From: Octopus bimaculoides
Lineage: Eukaryota
Length of the DNA stretch: 48,234 nucleotides
NCBI RefSeq assembly: GCF_001194135.2
Contig: NC_068984.1
Location: 32,957,090-33,005,323, forward strand
Direction: 5' to 3'
Part shown: positions 1 to 11,526 of the stretch, piece by piece
Layout of the letters: each line of letters opens with the position of its first letter
Position numbering within the stretch: position 1 is the stretch's first letter
Translations under genes and position numbers: made by a program
Notes under the pieces: generated by a model
The model's input: only the letters and a program-made list of their open reading frames with translations
Told to the model about the DNA's origin: nothing
Database searches by the model: none

Positions 1-58
<58 letters not shown>
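1..58. repeat. (TA)n/(TG)n compound microsatellite
   Basis: Direct reading of the sequence. Confidence 0.95.
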
Positions 59-64
<6 letters not shown>

Positions 65-467
65 CCATGTATAAGTGTGTGTGCTTGAATGTATATGCAT
101 TGTGATAGTGTGTATATGTGTGTGTGTGTGGGAAGAGAGAAAATAAGTAAGATAGATAGATAGACTGATACATAGATAGATATGTACATATATGAACTAC
201 AAAACAGTTAGTGCAACGAAGACTGAGACACATAAAACAATTTTATTCCACGAAACAGTCCATATTCACTTTTGTCCTACCTTCACCAATGTCTCCAAAT
301 GAGTTACTTGTGAATTATCTGAGCAAATGCCAACACACAACTACCAATCTGCTGAATAAATATGATACGATTATTGTTCTTACACTATGATTTGGGCTTC
401 GTCTTCTTCTTGTTGTTCAGTTCGTCGTTTCTATTGTTGTTTCGGTTCATACTCTTGGTGTAATTGT

Positions 468-759
468 TTTTCTTCTGTACTATTTTTATTTTCTTTTGGC
501 TTTTCTATTTACAAACTTTTCATTTATCAGAGAAAGAATAAATATGAATGTACACTAAATACGAAAGGAAAAAATATTTGACCTATATACTCGTCCATGA
601 TTACAAGACACGATGCCAAATAAAAGCTGTAAATGGCCTGTTTCTCTTTATATATTTATTTTATATGTACGTACATAACTGTATGTGTAGACACACAGGC
701 GCACACTCATATATGTACACTATTCATGCACAACGCATATAGGACTATATGCAACGAAC

Positions 760-770
<11 letters not shown>
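468..770 (+). repeat. Segment A: ~300 bp sequence duplicated in direct orientation at 3705-4030
   Basis: ttttcttctgtactat...ttgacctatatactcgtcca(t/c)gattacaagacacgatgccaaataaaagctgtaaatggcctgtttctc...catgcacaacgcatata occurs at both loci. ORFs 548..742 and 3585..4043 share the peptide LTYILVHDYKTRCQIKAVNGLFL. Confidence 0.95.
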
Positions 771-823
<53 letters not shown>

Positions 824-1282
824 TGTGTATGTATGTGTATTATCTATGTATGTATGTGTATTATCTATGTATGTATGTATGTATGTATGTAAGTATGCAT
901 ACATACATATTAATATTTCTTCTTCTTCTTCTTCTTTTCATTTATTTATTTATTTCCCTATTTTTTTTTTTTCATTTCTCTCCTTAGTTTTTAAAGATGA
1001 TAATTGGTTGATTATTGCTGAAAAACCTGCCGAACCATCCAATTAGAGCCACAGTAAAATGGACAAAAGCAAGCAATCAGTAATTTTACTAAATATATTA
1101 TTAAGCCTTTTCAAAAGTAGCATATCGATTAGAAATTGTGTAATGATAAGGACTGTTTCTGTAGTGATAACAAGCAATGCCTTTAACATTGGATGTACAT
1201 ATCAATAAATGGAATACTGTATACTATGGACAATTCTTTGCCGTAAATAGAATTTATCTCTTTCTCTCTCTCCCCTCTCTCC

Positions 1283-1327
<45 letters not shown>

Positions 1328-1480
1328 NNNNNNNNNNNNNNNNNNNNNNNNNNNNNNNNNNNNNNNNNNNNNNNNNNNNNNNNNNNNNNNNNNNNNNNNN
1401 NNNNNNNNNNNNNNNNNNNNNNNNNNNNNNNNNNNNNNNNNNNNNNNNNNNNNNNNNNNNNNNNNNNNNNNNNNNNNNNN

Positions 1481-1539
<59 letters not shown>

Positions 1540-1616
1540 ATATATACATATTTATATGTTTATATTCATGAATATATATACATATAAGCACAAACACACA
1601 TACACACATATATATG

Positions 1617-2038
1617 TAGGGGCAAATGTGGTTGTGTGGTAAGATGATTGTTTCCCAACCATATGGTTCCCTGTTCAGTCCCACAGCGTGACACCATGAG
1701 CAAGTGTCTATTATAGCATAGGGATGACCAAACACGTGTTTGTGGATTCGACAGACTGAAATGGAAAGAACACCGCTGGATATATATGCTTAAGAGTGCG
1801 TGTGTGTCTATGTGTGTTTCTGCGCGTTTTGTTTTTGTAAAGCACACACCACCAGCAGCACCACCAGTTGACAACTGGTGTTGATGTGTTTACGTCCCCG
1901 TACGCTAGTAGGTCAGCAAAATACGTCCTAGTATTTGAAAATATGAAATAAGTATTGTGCGCGATTCATTCTACTGAAGTTCTTCAAAGAGTTGCTCCAG
2001 CATAACCGCAATCCAATGACTGAAACAAGTAAAAGATA
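1617..2038 (+). mobile_element. tRNA-derived SINE (family 1), near full length, diverged
   Basis: A-box-like tggttgtgtggtaag, B-box-like gttcagtcc, then ccatgagcaagtgtc, an internal (TG)-rich tract and tail gactgaaacaagtaaaaga. Homologous to the copy at 14726-15075. Confidence 0.8.
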
Positions 2039-3416
2039 TATATGCGCGTGCAGGTAATACTCATTCTTACTTCCACTCCCTTTTCTCCCTTCGTTTTATC
2101 TCTCACCTTTTCTCTGTCGTCATATAGTTGTCAAATCGTCAAGAGTGGAGGGAGCGCTAAAAATTCCAGCGAATATCTTTTTGGATCAAACGTGGTAAAC
2201 TAAATTGTCCGTCGAAAGCCATTTTAGTCCACGTAAATTTACTTTCCGCTGTCAATTCAATTTGTAAATCCAAAGTTCAAACACCGAATAAATTTAATAG
2301 AAGGTCATAGAATATAGTAGAAAAAGACAGCAGAATAGAGAATTATGCATTATTTAATCAGCTAAGCATGTTTCAGTTAGATTGGTAAATTCCAAATTTG
2401 TGATGCAGTAATCATTCACGTAAGTCTATCTCATATTTCAACGAGCAAGATTCTACAGTTGTAGAAAAATTACACACCTTCTCATCCTTATCAAGGCTAT
2501 ACCACACTATGAAAGAGTGAACATTTTCAAGATGATAGATAAAAAAAAATAATATCTTTCGACTAGTATAATAGGTAGAGAGCTATCTTAGCTGATGAGA
2601 CATCGGTAATTGCCCCATATGCAAACTGGTTAGTGTAATTAATATGTAGACTAGAATTATATAGCGCAACATCAATTCTGTATACTCCTGTAAAGTACTT
2701 CATGTTAAATTTGCGGTTTTGAAATAGTGGTCTCATTAAAATCAATTTATGAATTTTAGAAGAGAAATTCGTATCTGAGATTTCAAAGAGAAATTTCGTA
2801 AAACCAGACCAAACAGTTAACATTCTTTTATGAATGGATCCATTTGTAAAGCCAACATATTCAGTGCTTTGCCAGTGTAGAAGAAACAATCAATCTTACT
2901 AAACTTCTCCCAAAACTTTCGTTGCTAGGCTTTTAGATGGTAGCATATATTCATTAGCAATTTTGATACCAGCATCTGATCTTTTTGGTGCATTAGTGAA
3001 GAATACAGTGTCGCAAGCCTCTTTCTCACGTTTCCAGCTCGCAAAACTCTTGAATTGTGTGTGTGTGTGTGTGCATGTGATTTTTTTTTCATACTACTCT
3101 TAGTTTGGTGCTGCTTATCATTGTCTATGTAATGGAAGCAGCTTTAGAAATAGATACTTAACGGGTATGAACCTGTTGCTTTGTAATATAAATATTAAGG
3201 TAAAGTACGATGTGTAGTCAAAACATATCCGATCGTGATTTCTTTTTCGGACAAAATAATAATGCATGAGCAAAATCCGCATGGGTGTTAGGTGGCGGCG
3301 TTCTTTCTGAGCATGCGTAAACATTTTCGTGGCGGTAGGTTGCGCCATTCGCCCGCAGTGACGCGTTGAGTACTGACGAGAAGATTGTACTGTGCGATTT
3401 TTCTTTTTAAGTCAAG

Positions 3417-4695
3417 ATGAACGAGTGCATTCAGTGATACTGTATCCAATTCTGCCAAAAACTTGGTGATACACAAGCCCAGATTATGGAGAAGATTAAG
3501 AAGGCCTTTGGAGATGATGCTATGGGAAAACACAAATAAAGGGGTGGTACAAACAATTCAAAGATGTCCGCACCTTAGTGGACAGTGAGCCACGTTATGG
3601 CCAGACAATTAACAAAGAATAGTACCTGGGGATTCTTCGTCCTCCACGTGAAGCTGTGCGGCGACGACAACCCGACCTGTGGGCAGCCAAGAACTGACAA
3701 CTCATTTTCTTCTGTACTATTTCTTTTGGCTTTTCTATTTACAAACTTTCCATTTATCAGAGAAAGAATAAATATGAATGTACACGAAAGGAAAATACGA
3801 AAAGAAAAATACGAAAGGAAAAAAAAATTGACCTATATACTCGTCCACGATTACAAGACACGATGCCAAATAAAAGCTGTAAATGGCCTGTTTCTCGTTA
3901 TATATTTATTTTATATGTACGTACACATCTGTATATGTGTAGACTCACAAGCGCACACTCATATATGTACACGTATTCATGCACAACGCATATATGACTA
4001 TATGCAACAATCTATGTGCATATATGTATATATTTTTTGCTGACCTACTAAGGCACGGGGACGTAGACACATCAACACCGGTTGTCAAGTGCTGGTGTTG
4101 GTGGTGGGTATCTTACACAAACAAAACACACACAATCACACATACGCACCCCCCCCCACACGCGCGCGCACTCAGGAGCATATATATTCGGTGTTCATCT
4201 TTCCATTTCAGTCTATCGAGTCCACTTACAAGTGTTTGGTCATCCCTATGCTATAGCAGACACTTGCTCATGGTGTCACGCTGTGGGACTGAACACGGAA
4301 CCAAATGCTTGGGAAGCAAACATCTTAACACACAGCCACATTTGCCCCTATATATATGTGTATGTATGTGTGTTTGTGTTCATATGTGTTCATATGAATA
4401 TACATGGCAACGCACCCACACATTCCACCCTCGTCGTCCAAGCATTCCTCGTGAAGCAAAACACACCACTTGCTTGCCAGGCTTTCTACTACCCAGACTC
4501 GGCTTCAAGTGACTTTTGGCTTTTCCCAAAGCTCAAAAAAAAAAAAAAAACTCTCTAAGGGAGAAAATTTGAGTAAACAGAAGACATGAAGCAAAATTGG
4601 ACGGCACAGCTCTACACCACCTCAAAATCCAGCAGTGGCAGGAACGCTGGCAGAAGTGTGTAGACTCCCAAGGCGAATGTTTTGAATGAAACTAA
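3417..4695 (+). pseudogene. Disrupted mariner (DD34D-type) transposase
   Basis: Manual translation: MNECIQ*YCIQFCQKLGDTQAQIMEKIKKAFGDDAMG(fs)QIKGWYKQFKDVRTLVDSEPRYG (N-terminal HTH); GQTINKE*YLGILR..REAVRRRQPDLWAAKN*QL; after the insert, HGNAPTHS (HDNA motif), YYPDSASSDFWLFPKLK (YSPDLAP.DF motif), QQWQERWQKCVDSQGECFE*N*. Confidence 0.9.
3705..4402. repeat. Insert within the mariner: copy of 468-770 (direct) fused to a copy of ~1557-1923 (inverted)
   Basis: 3705-4030 matches segment A; 4034-4402 is the reverse complement of the SINE plus 5' flank at 1557-1923. The insert separates transposase codons QL from HGNA. Confidence 0.9.
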
Positions 4696-6166
4696 ATCAA
4701 AATGGCGAGTTATTTTGATATTACTTGTGTGTATTTTTTGGGGCGGGGGTGGGGGGCAAAGGTCGGATACTTTTTGACAACACCTCGTACATAACTCTGT
4801 CTACGTTCGTAAAAAAATATTAACAATAAAATATAACTGAAACTTATTAAGAATCAGCGCTTTCTATTTCAATAAAAAAGAAGTGACCATATGTTATTGT
4901 TCATGAAAAACTTTAAGCATGAATATTGGTTATATTTGTAACTGTGCTAGTTTATTGTCTGTATATGAAATTAACATCGTCTAACTGTCAAGTGTCTTAG
5001 AATAAGTGGCAAGTGGAAAAAGTAGGTCTGCTTTGAGTCTGTAAATAACGTGACATCTCTTTAATTAGAACAATAACGAACTCGAACACTCCGTATCTTC
5101 TGCTCTACTCTATAAATACTTTGTGCCTGGAGAAGAAAAAATAATATTCCGTTCTCTGTACGTTATATACCCACGTAATTAATTGTATTTAGACTTTTCC
5201 GGTGTCGACTTTGCATTAATGTTTAGGAGAAATTTATACAGGTCCATGTTCATTAATTAAAACACAGTTTCGTCTAAGCGTTACAGATATTATTTAACTA
5301 ACGTCTATATCGTGAGTTTGGGAGTAGAGGTAATCGCTAGAGAAGGTATCTATTTCTAAAGCCACTTTCATTTAACAGACGTCACCATTAATATACGCCA
5401 TTAATATTATCATCCTTTTATATTCTTCATCACCGGATACCGAAGAGATGTCTTTTATAGTCAGTGTGATAATATTAAATAGAACGGCAAACAATACATT
5501 TGAAACCATTGGAAATCAAATAGAGACATGAATTTGTAATCAATAAAGACCTGAGCAAAGATCTTTCTTAATTGACCTCATATCGATTGCTATAGTTCTT
5601 AGCAGCTGTAGATTAATGTTTGGCTTTTTCATCTTAGTACCATATTAAAATATGTTTGAAGACACGAAAACAGTAACAGGCCATTGCAATTGTTTCTACT
5701 CTTAAATGTGTAATTCTACACATCACTATTTGAAGAGACACAATTCATACGAATTGAGGAAACATACAATACTAAATTGAATGACAAGTGTAGAGATAGT
5801 ATTATAGCTAGATGTTCACAAACACTACTTTATCATGAAATATTCGCGCACATACTATTACTCACAAATATAGACTCGCATACACACATATACACATATG
5901 TAATATATTTTTTTATATGTTTCTTTCTACGTAAGATTACTAATGATATGTAAGAATAAGGTGAACGGAGTAAAGTCTGATCGAAAGAGAGAACTAAACA
6001 AAAAGTATATGTGCGTGTTTAGTTGCTTCGCATTATGTCCAAAACGTAACCTAGGCAACTGTTAGAGAACGGCTACATATATATATATAAGCACAATCGA
6101 ATGAAACACTGGAAGGCATTGCCCCGCTAGGCGTCCACTGACAGGACCATATGAAAGTAAGAAAGA

Positions 6167-6234
<68 letters not shown>

Positions 6235-8921
6235 NNNNNNNNNNNNNNNNNNNNNNNNNNNNNNNNNNNNNNNNNNNNNNNNNNNNNNNNNNNNNNNNNN
6301 NNNNNNNNNNNNNNNNNNNNNNNNNNNNNNNNNNNNNNNNNNNNNNNNNNNNNNNNNNNNNNNNNNNNNNNNNNNNNNNNNNNNNNNNNNNNNNNAGAGA
6401 GAGAGAGAGAGAGAGAGATGAAACCGCCTCACGATAATCTTTACTCCTTATGACAGTGATTTTATTTAACGTTAATGAATTTTCTTCTCATTACTGTTAC
6501 CATTTTAACTGACTAAAAATTATTTTTAGCTGCGCACCGTAAGTATAGTAACCTGCACTTTGCGGCAAAACAGATATATAAACACAATCAAACGAAACAC
6601 TTGAAGACATTCAGGTGGCACTCCTGAGAAATGTTTCAGTGTTAATATTTTAATATGCTCAAACTCTTAATAATTTTACAATCAAAATACTATATGTATC
6701 GGTCATCTAAGTGGTCTTGGTAGCTAGAAATTATGTTCATTGGAGTAGGTCTTTTAAGCTTATTCCATAAAGCAAATATTTGGGGACTTTTTACCATAGC
6801 TGCGAATAAATCACACACTCAACTTATGTCTATCTCTATCTAACAATACGTTCAACTTATGTCTATCACTATTCATTTTCTAATCAATTAAATTTTATTG
6901 AGTATTTTCCTTTCCACCTATCGACAGGAATTTAAATAAAGCCAATGATTTTTCTTTTCTTAGCGTTTCTAACATCAATTGAATAAACAATTATTTACGG
7001 TTGACCACATTAATTATAGTGGCCGCTATATAACAATATGTTATATACACACAAGGCACTCTTCACTAATTATCCGATGATTTTATTTTCGCTTATGTTT
7101 ACAACTGTCATCATTTAAGCAGCTATTGTAATGAAAGTGTAAATATTCCTATTACGTTTATTGAATTTAAACATCCGAATATCTTTGAACAGCTTATTGT
7201 TATAGCAACGATGCTTGATAGCAGGTGTCCTGGATAGCACGATGAGCCATCTTGGGGTAAGTAGTATTCACAGAAGGGGTTACAGAGTGAATGTGGTAAA
7301 GCGGCGATTATTTTATTCTCTGTGTTTTTCCCTTCCACTCTTTCTTCTTTCTGTCTTTTCTGCATCCCTTCTCCTTATTTGTCTGCACTGTGTGTGTATG
7401 TGCAAGTCTGTTTGCCTGCGCACGTATGTGTGTATGCGTGTGTGTATGTGTGTGTATGTAAGTGTGTCTGCATGTGTTTGTGTAAGTATATACATATATA
7501 CAAACATAAAAACACGTAATTATTAATAAATACATAGGTATATATTCATTTATAAATATATACTTATGCAAGCTCACACTCACATTCAAACGTGCATACG
7601 TACATATAAACATACATACATACACGCATACATTCCTACATACAACACACACATATACTTATACACACACACACACACACACACACTCATTTGTTCTGTT
7701 ATTCTCTTGTAGAGTATAGCTGAATTACCTGGTCCTTATATCTCAATGTTGACAGAAGAGAAATCATTCATGGAAAAAGCGAAAGCAGTTACAATATCTT
7801 CAATTCAATTCAATGCTTATGGAGTTACAAGCAGTACTTTATATACTTTGGTCATGAAAAGGAAAAAAAAAATCTAAAAGTGTATATTTCTATAAAGTAC
7901 AACTGTTTTAATAATTTCTCCGGAAGGATGAACAATATCTAAAAATACTTCTCATTATAATGGCGGTGAAGCTTATAATCAATACATATATTAACACTAT
8001 GTTCTGTTGAAATCGCTGCTGTTTTAGTTGCAGGTAGACCTTAACTGACCAAAGCAGTGGTGACAGATGTTAAGGTAAAGACCATTCTGTGTTTTATAAA
8101 TATCTAAAATTTATTTCATGCGGTATCCACTTCCATTGTCGTACAGTATGATTTGGGATAATTGTATTCAGTTAATCGATCGGCGGTGTAAAGATTTAAT
8201 CGTTTGGTTGTCCAACGTACAGGATAACAATGTTACATGGATTCTGCAGCAGGATATTGCTACTAAGGGATCTATGATATAGTGGTGGGGGGAGAAATTT
8301 GTTGGGCTTAACAGTGAGCCGAACTTATCAAATGTAGCTGATCCTCAAAATTGAAATACTATTATAAAGTAACTGGAAATAAGATAAATACTAACAATTG
8401 TTCTCTAATAGATAAATATATATGTATAGTTCTGAGGGAACCTGTATAGGAAGTACGAGAAAAGAATACACATACATCTACACACATATATATTATAAGA
8501 TACACACACATATATGCATAACATTTCAGCATCTCATATTTATAGTTGCTGTTGTTATTTTGCACCGCATGCGCGGCCAAACACACACGCGCCCACGCAC
8601 GCACGTATGCACGCGCACCCACACCCACACGCGCGCACACACACACACATACACACACAATTACTCTTTTTTCCTGACACTCTTTCACATGTGTACACCG
8701 ATAAAAATTCAACGCATACAAACATCAACACACACGTACACACGCACGTACACGCACACATACACACACATATGCACACAAACACACACACACACACATG
8801 CACACAACCAGACACATATACAGAGGACATAATCTCAAAACCTGTGCAGCAAATATCGCCCTCCAAGATTCATGTGTCTCGTGGCAAATTGCCAAATCTG
8901 CTAACCGCCCGTCTACTCACT

Positions 8922-8960
8922 AATTGGCTAGTTTCACGACCATATCGTTCATCAGCAAAT
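8922..8960 (-). ncRNA. Degenerate minimal type I hammerhead ribozyme-like motif
   Basis: Minus strand: ATTTG CTGATGA ACGA-tatgg-TCGT GAAA CTAG C CAATT. Perfect core and stem II. One T short of the canonical palindromic stem III GAAACTAGTC; stem I TTG/CAA. Confidence 0.45.
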
Positions 8961-10156
8961 CATCGACTCACGTGATAGGGCATTGTAATTACTGTCATAA
9001 AGATAGTGAGCCATGACTAATTCCCTCGAGTGTGTTTGTGTGTGAGACTTAAAGTATTGGGATTGCATAGAAAAAAATCACTGCCGGAACAAATAGCTAC
9101 AATATATCTGAATATCAAAGTGGTTTTCATTCGCTCTACCGCCACATCTAAAAACAGATTGCCCGCCAACATATTACACACGCAATCTCTCAGACATGTC
9201 TAAGTATGTGCATACAAATTCTAAATTATAGTGGTGTCTACATACATACATATTCTCGTATATATATACATATATAAATACATACTCACACACACACAAC
9301 ATACACAAGCATACACACACTTGCACATATGTATGGTTATATGTGTGTGTGAGTATATATATATATATATATNNNNNNNNNNNNNNNNNNNNNNNNNNNN
9401 NNNNNNNNNNNNNNNNNNNNNNNNNNNNNNNNNNNNNNNNNNNNNNNNNNNNNNNNNNNNNNNNNNNNNNNNNNNNNNNNNNNNNNNNNNNNNNNNNNNN
9501 NNNNNNNNNNNNNNNNNNNNNNNNNNNNNNNNNNNNNNNNNNNNNNNNNNNNNNNNNNNNNNNNNNNNNNNNNNNNNNNNNNNNNNNNNNNNNNNNNNNN
9601 NNNNNNNNNNNNNNNNNNNNNNNNNNNNNNNNNNNNNNNNNNNNNNNNNNNNNNNNNNNNNNNNNNNNNNNNNNNNNNNNNNNNNNNNNNNNNNNNNNNN
9701 NNNNNNNNNNNNNNNNNNNNNNNNNNNNNNNNNNNNNNNNNNNNNNNNNNNNNNNNNNNNNNNNNNNNNNNNNNNNNNNNNNNNNNNNNNNNNNNNNNNN
9801 NNNNNNNNNNNNNNNNNNNNNNNNNNNNNNNNNNNNNNNNNNNNNNNNNNNNNNNNNNNNNNNNNNNNNNNNNNNNNNNNNNNNNNNNNNNNNNNNNNNN
9901 NNNNNNNNNNNNNNNNNNNNNNNNNNNNNNNNNNNNNNNNNNNNNNNNNNNNNNNNNNNNNNNNNNNNNNNNNNNNNNNNNNNNNNNNNNNNNNNNNNNN
10001 NNNNNNNNNNNNNNNNNNNNNNNNNNNNNNNNNNNNNNNNNNNNNNNNNNNNNNNNNNNNNNNNNNNNNNNNNNNNNNNNNNNNNNNNNNNNNNNNNNNN
10101 NNNNNNNNNNNNNNNNNNNNNNNNNNNNNNNNNNNNNNNNNNNNNNNNNNNNNNNN

Positions 10157-10212
<56 letters not shown>

Positions 10213-10542
10213 CATACATACATACATATATTCTGTAAATAATTTATAAGCTTGCAGCTTATAAGTCACCACCGTGTATTAAATAAGGAAAATGGTGTAA
10301 TATTGTAGCATATAAACCTGCGACGGAAAAAATGTGGGTCTTCCGTACAAATGGGACCCGAAACCACATCTCTTATATTCGCGAAAAGTGTGCTAGAAAA
10401 TTACAGTGCTTAAATCTAACGAGATGAATAAAGTGTGCACATTGGTGTAGTAATTAACACACTTATCGCGAATGAGCTCAAATATTAGATTCTTATCGTA
10501 AGTAAATATATGGTGATCGCTTTAAGCTTATAAATATTATTA

Positions 10543-10589
<47 letters not shown>

Positions 10590-10732
10590 GTGCAGTAGTT
10601 TTATTTTTATAACGTGCTTTCACTTCACTACCGAGCGCAGCTCTGTGCGCCTTGGGTATGTGCTGTGGTTTGCTGTGGTGCTCTTATGTTTACTGTATTG
10701 AAAGTGTTTTGCGTAGAATGTGTGCAGTACCC

Positions 10733-10735
<3 letters not shown>
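10590..10735 (-). mobile_element. R4/Dong-like (RLE-clade) non-LTR retrotransposon, extreme 5' truncation (ORF C-terminus plus 3' UTR)
   Basis: Minus strand reads LGTAHILRKTLSIQ* (stop 10690-10692), a typical R4-clade C-terminus, then ~100 nt 3' UTR ending aaaataaaactactgcac. (TAA)n arrays on both sides. Confidence 0.75.
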
Positions 10736-10798
<63 letters not shown>

Positions 10799-10820
10799 GT
10801 TATTGTTATTAATATAGTTA

Positions 10821-10869
<49 letters not shown>

Positions 10870-11486
10870 NNNNNNNNNNNNNNNNNNNNNNNNNNNNNNN
10901 NNNNNNNNNNNNNNNNNNNNNNNNNNNNNNNNNNNNNNNNNNNNNNNNNNNNNNNNNNNNNNNNNNNNNNNNNNNNNNNNNNNNNNNNNNNNNNNNNNNN
11001 NNNNNNNNNNNNNNNNNNNNNNNNNNNNNNNNNNNNNNNNNNNNNNNNNNNNNNNNNNNNNNNNNNNNNNNNNNNNNNNNNNNNNNNNNNNNNNNNNNNN
11101 NNNNNNNNNNNNNNNNNNNNNNNNNNNNNNNNNNNNNNNNNNNNNNNNNNNNNNNNNNNNNNNNNNNNNNNNNNNNNNNNNNNNNNNNNNNNNNNNNNNN
11201 NNNNNNNNNNNNNNNNNNNNNNNNNNNNNNNNNNNNNNNNNNNNNNNNNNNNNNNNNNNNNNNNNNNNNNNNNNNNNNNNNNNNNNNNNNNNNNNNNNNN
11301 NNNNNNNNNNNNNNNNNNNNNNNNNNNNNNNNNNNNNNNNNNNNNNNNNNNNNNNNNNNNNNNNNNNNNNNNNNNNNNNNNNNNNNNNNNNNNNNNNNNN
11401 NNNNNNNNNNNNNNNNNNNNNNNNNNNNNNNNNNNNNNNNNNNNNNNNNNNNNNNNNNNNNNNNNNNNNNNNNNNNNNNNNNNNNN

Positions 11487-11526
<40 letters not shown>

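Larger units (their letters stand above)
3206..4789 (+). mobile_element. Mariner-family DNA transposon, non-autonomous (internal deletion plus ~700 bp insertion)
   Basis: Left TA+TIR tacgatgtgtagtcaaaacatatccgatc (3206-3234) matches the reverse complement of right ggtcggatactttttgacaacacctcgta (4761-4789) at 24/29 positions. TA dinucleotides at both ends; mariner transposase remnants inside. Confidence 0.9.

Noticed and set aside
7713-7877. Possible plus-strand exon SIAELPGPYISMLTEEKSFMEKAKAV... after the acceptor ttctcttgtag
   Set aside because: No convincing donor, no recognisable protein family, no partner exon.
8880-9020. Enhancer-like motif cluster (GGCAAATTGCC, CTAATTGG, TCACGTGA, GTAATTAC, GTCATAAA)
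   Set aside because: Short motifs are common in AT-rich DNA, and the block overlaps the hammerhead-like motif, which is a more specific explanation. Not excluded.
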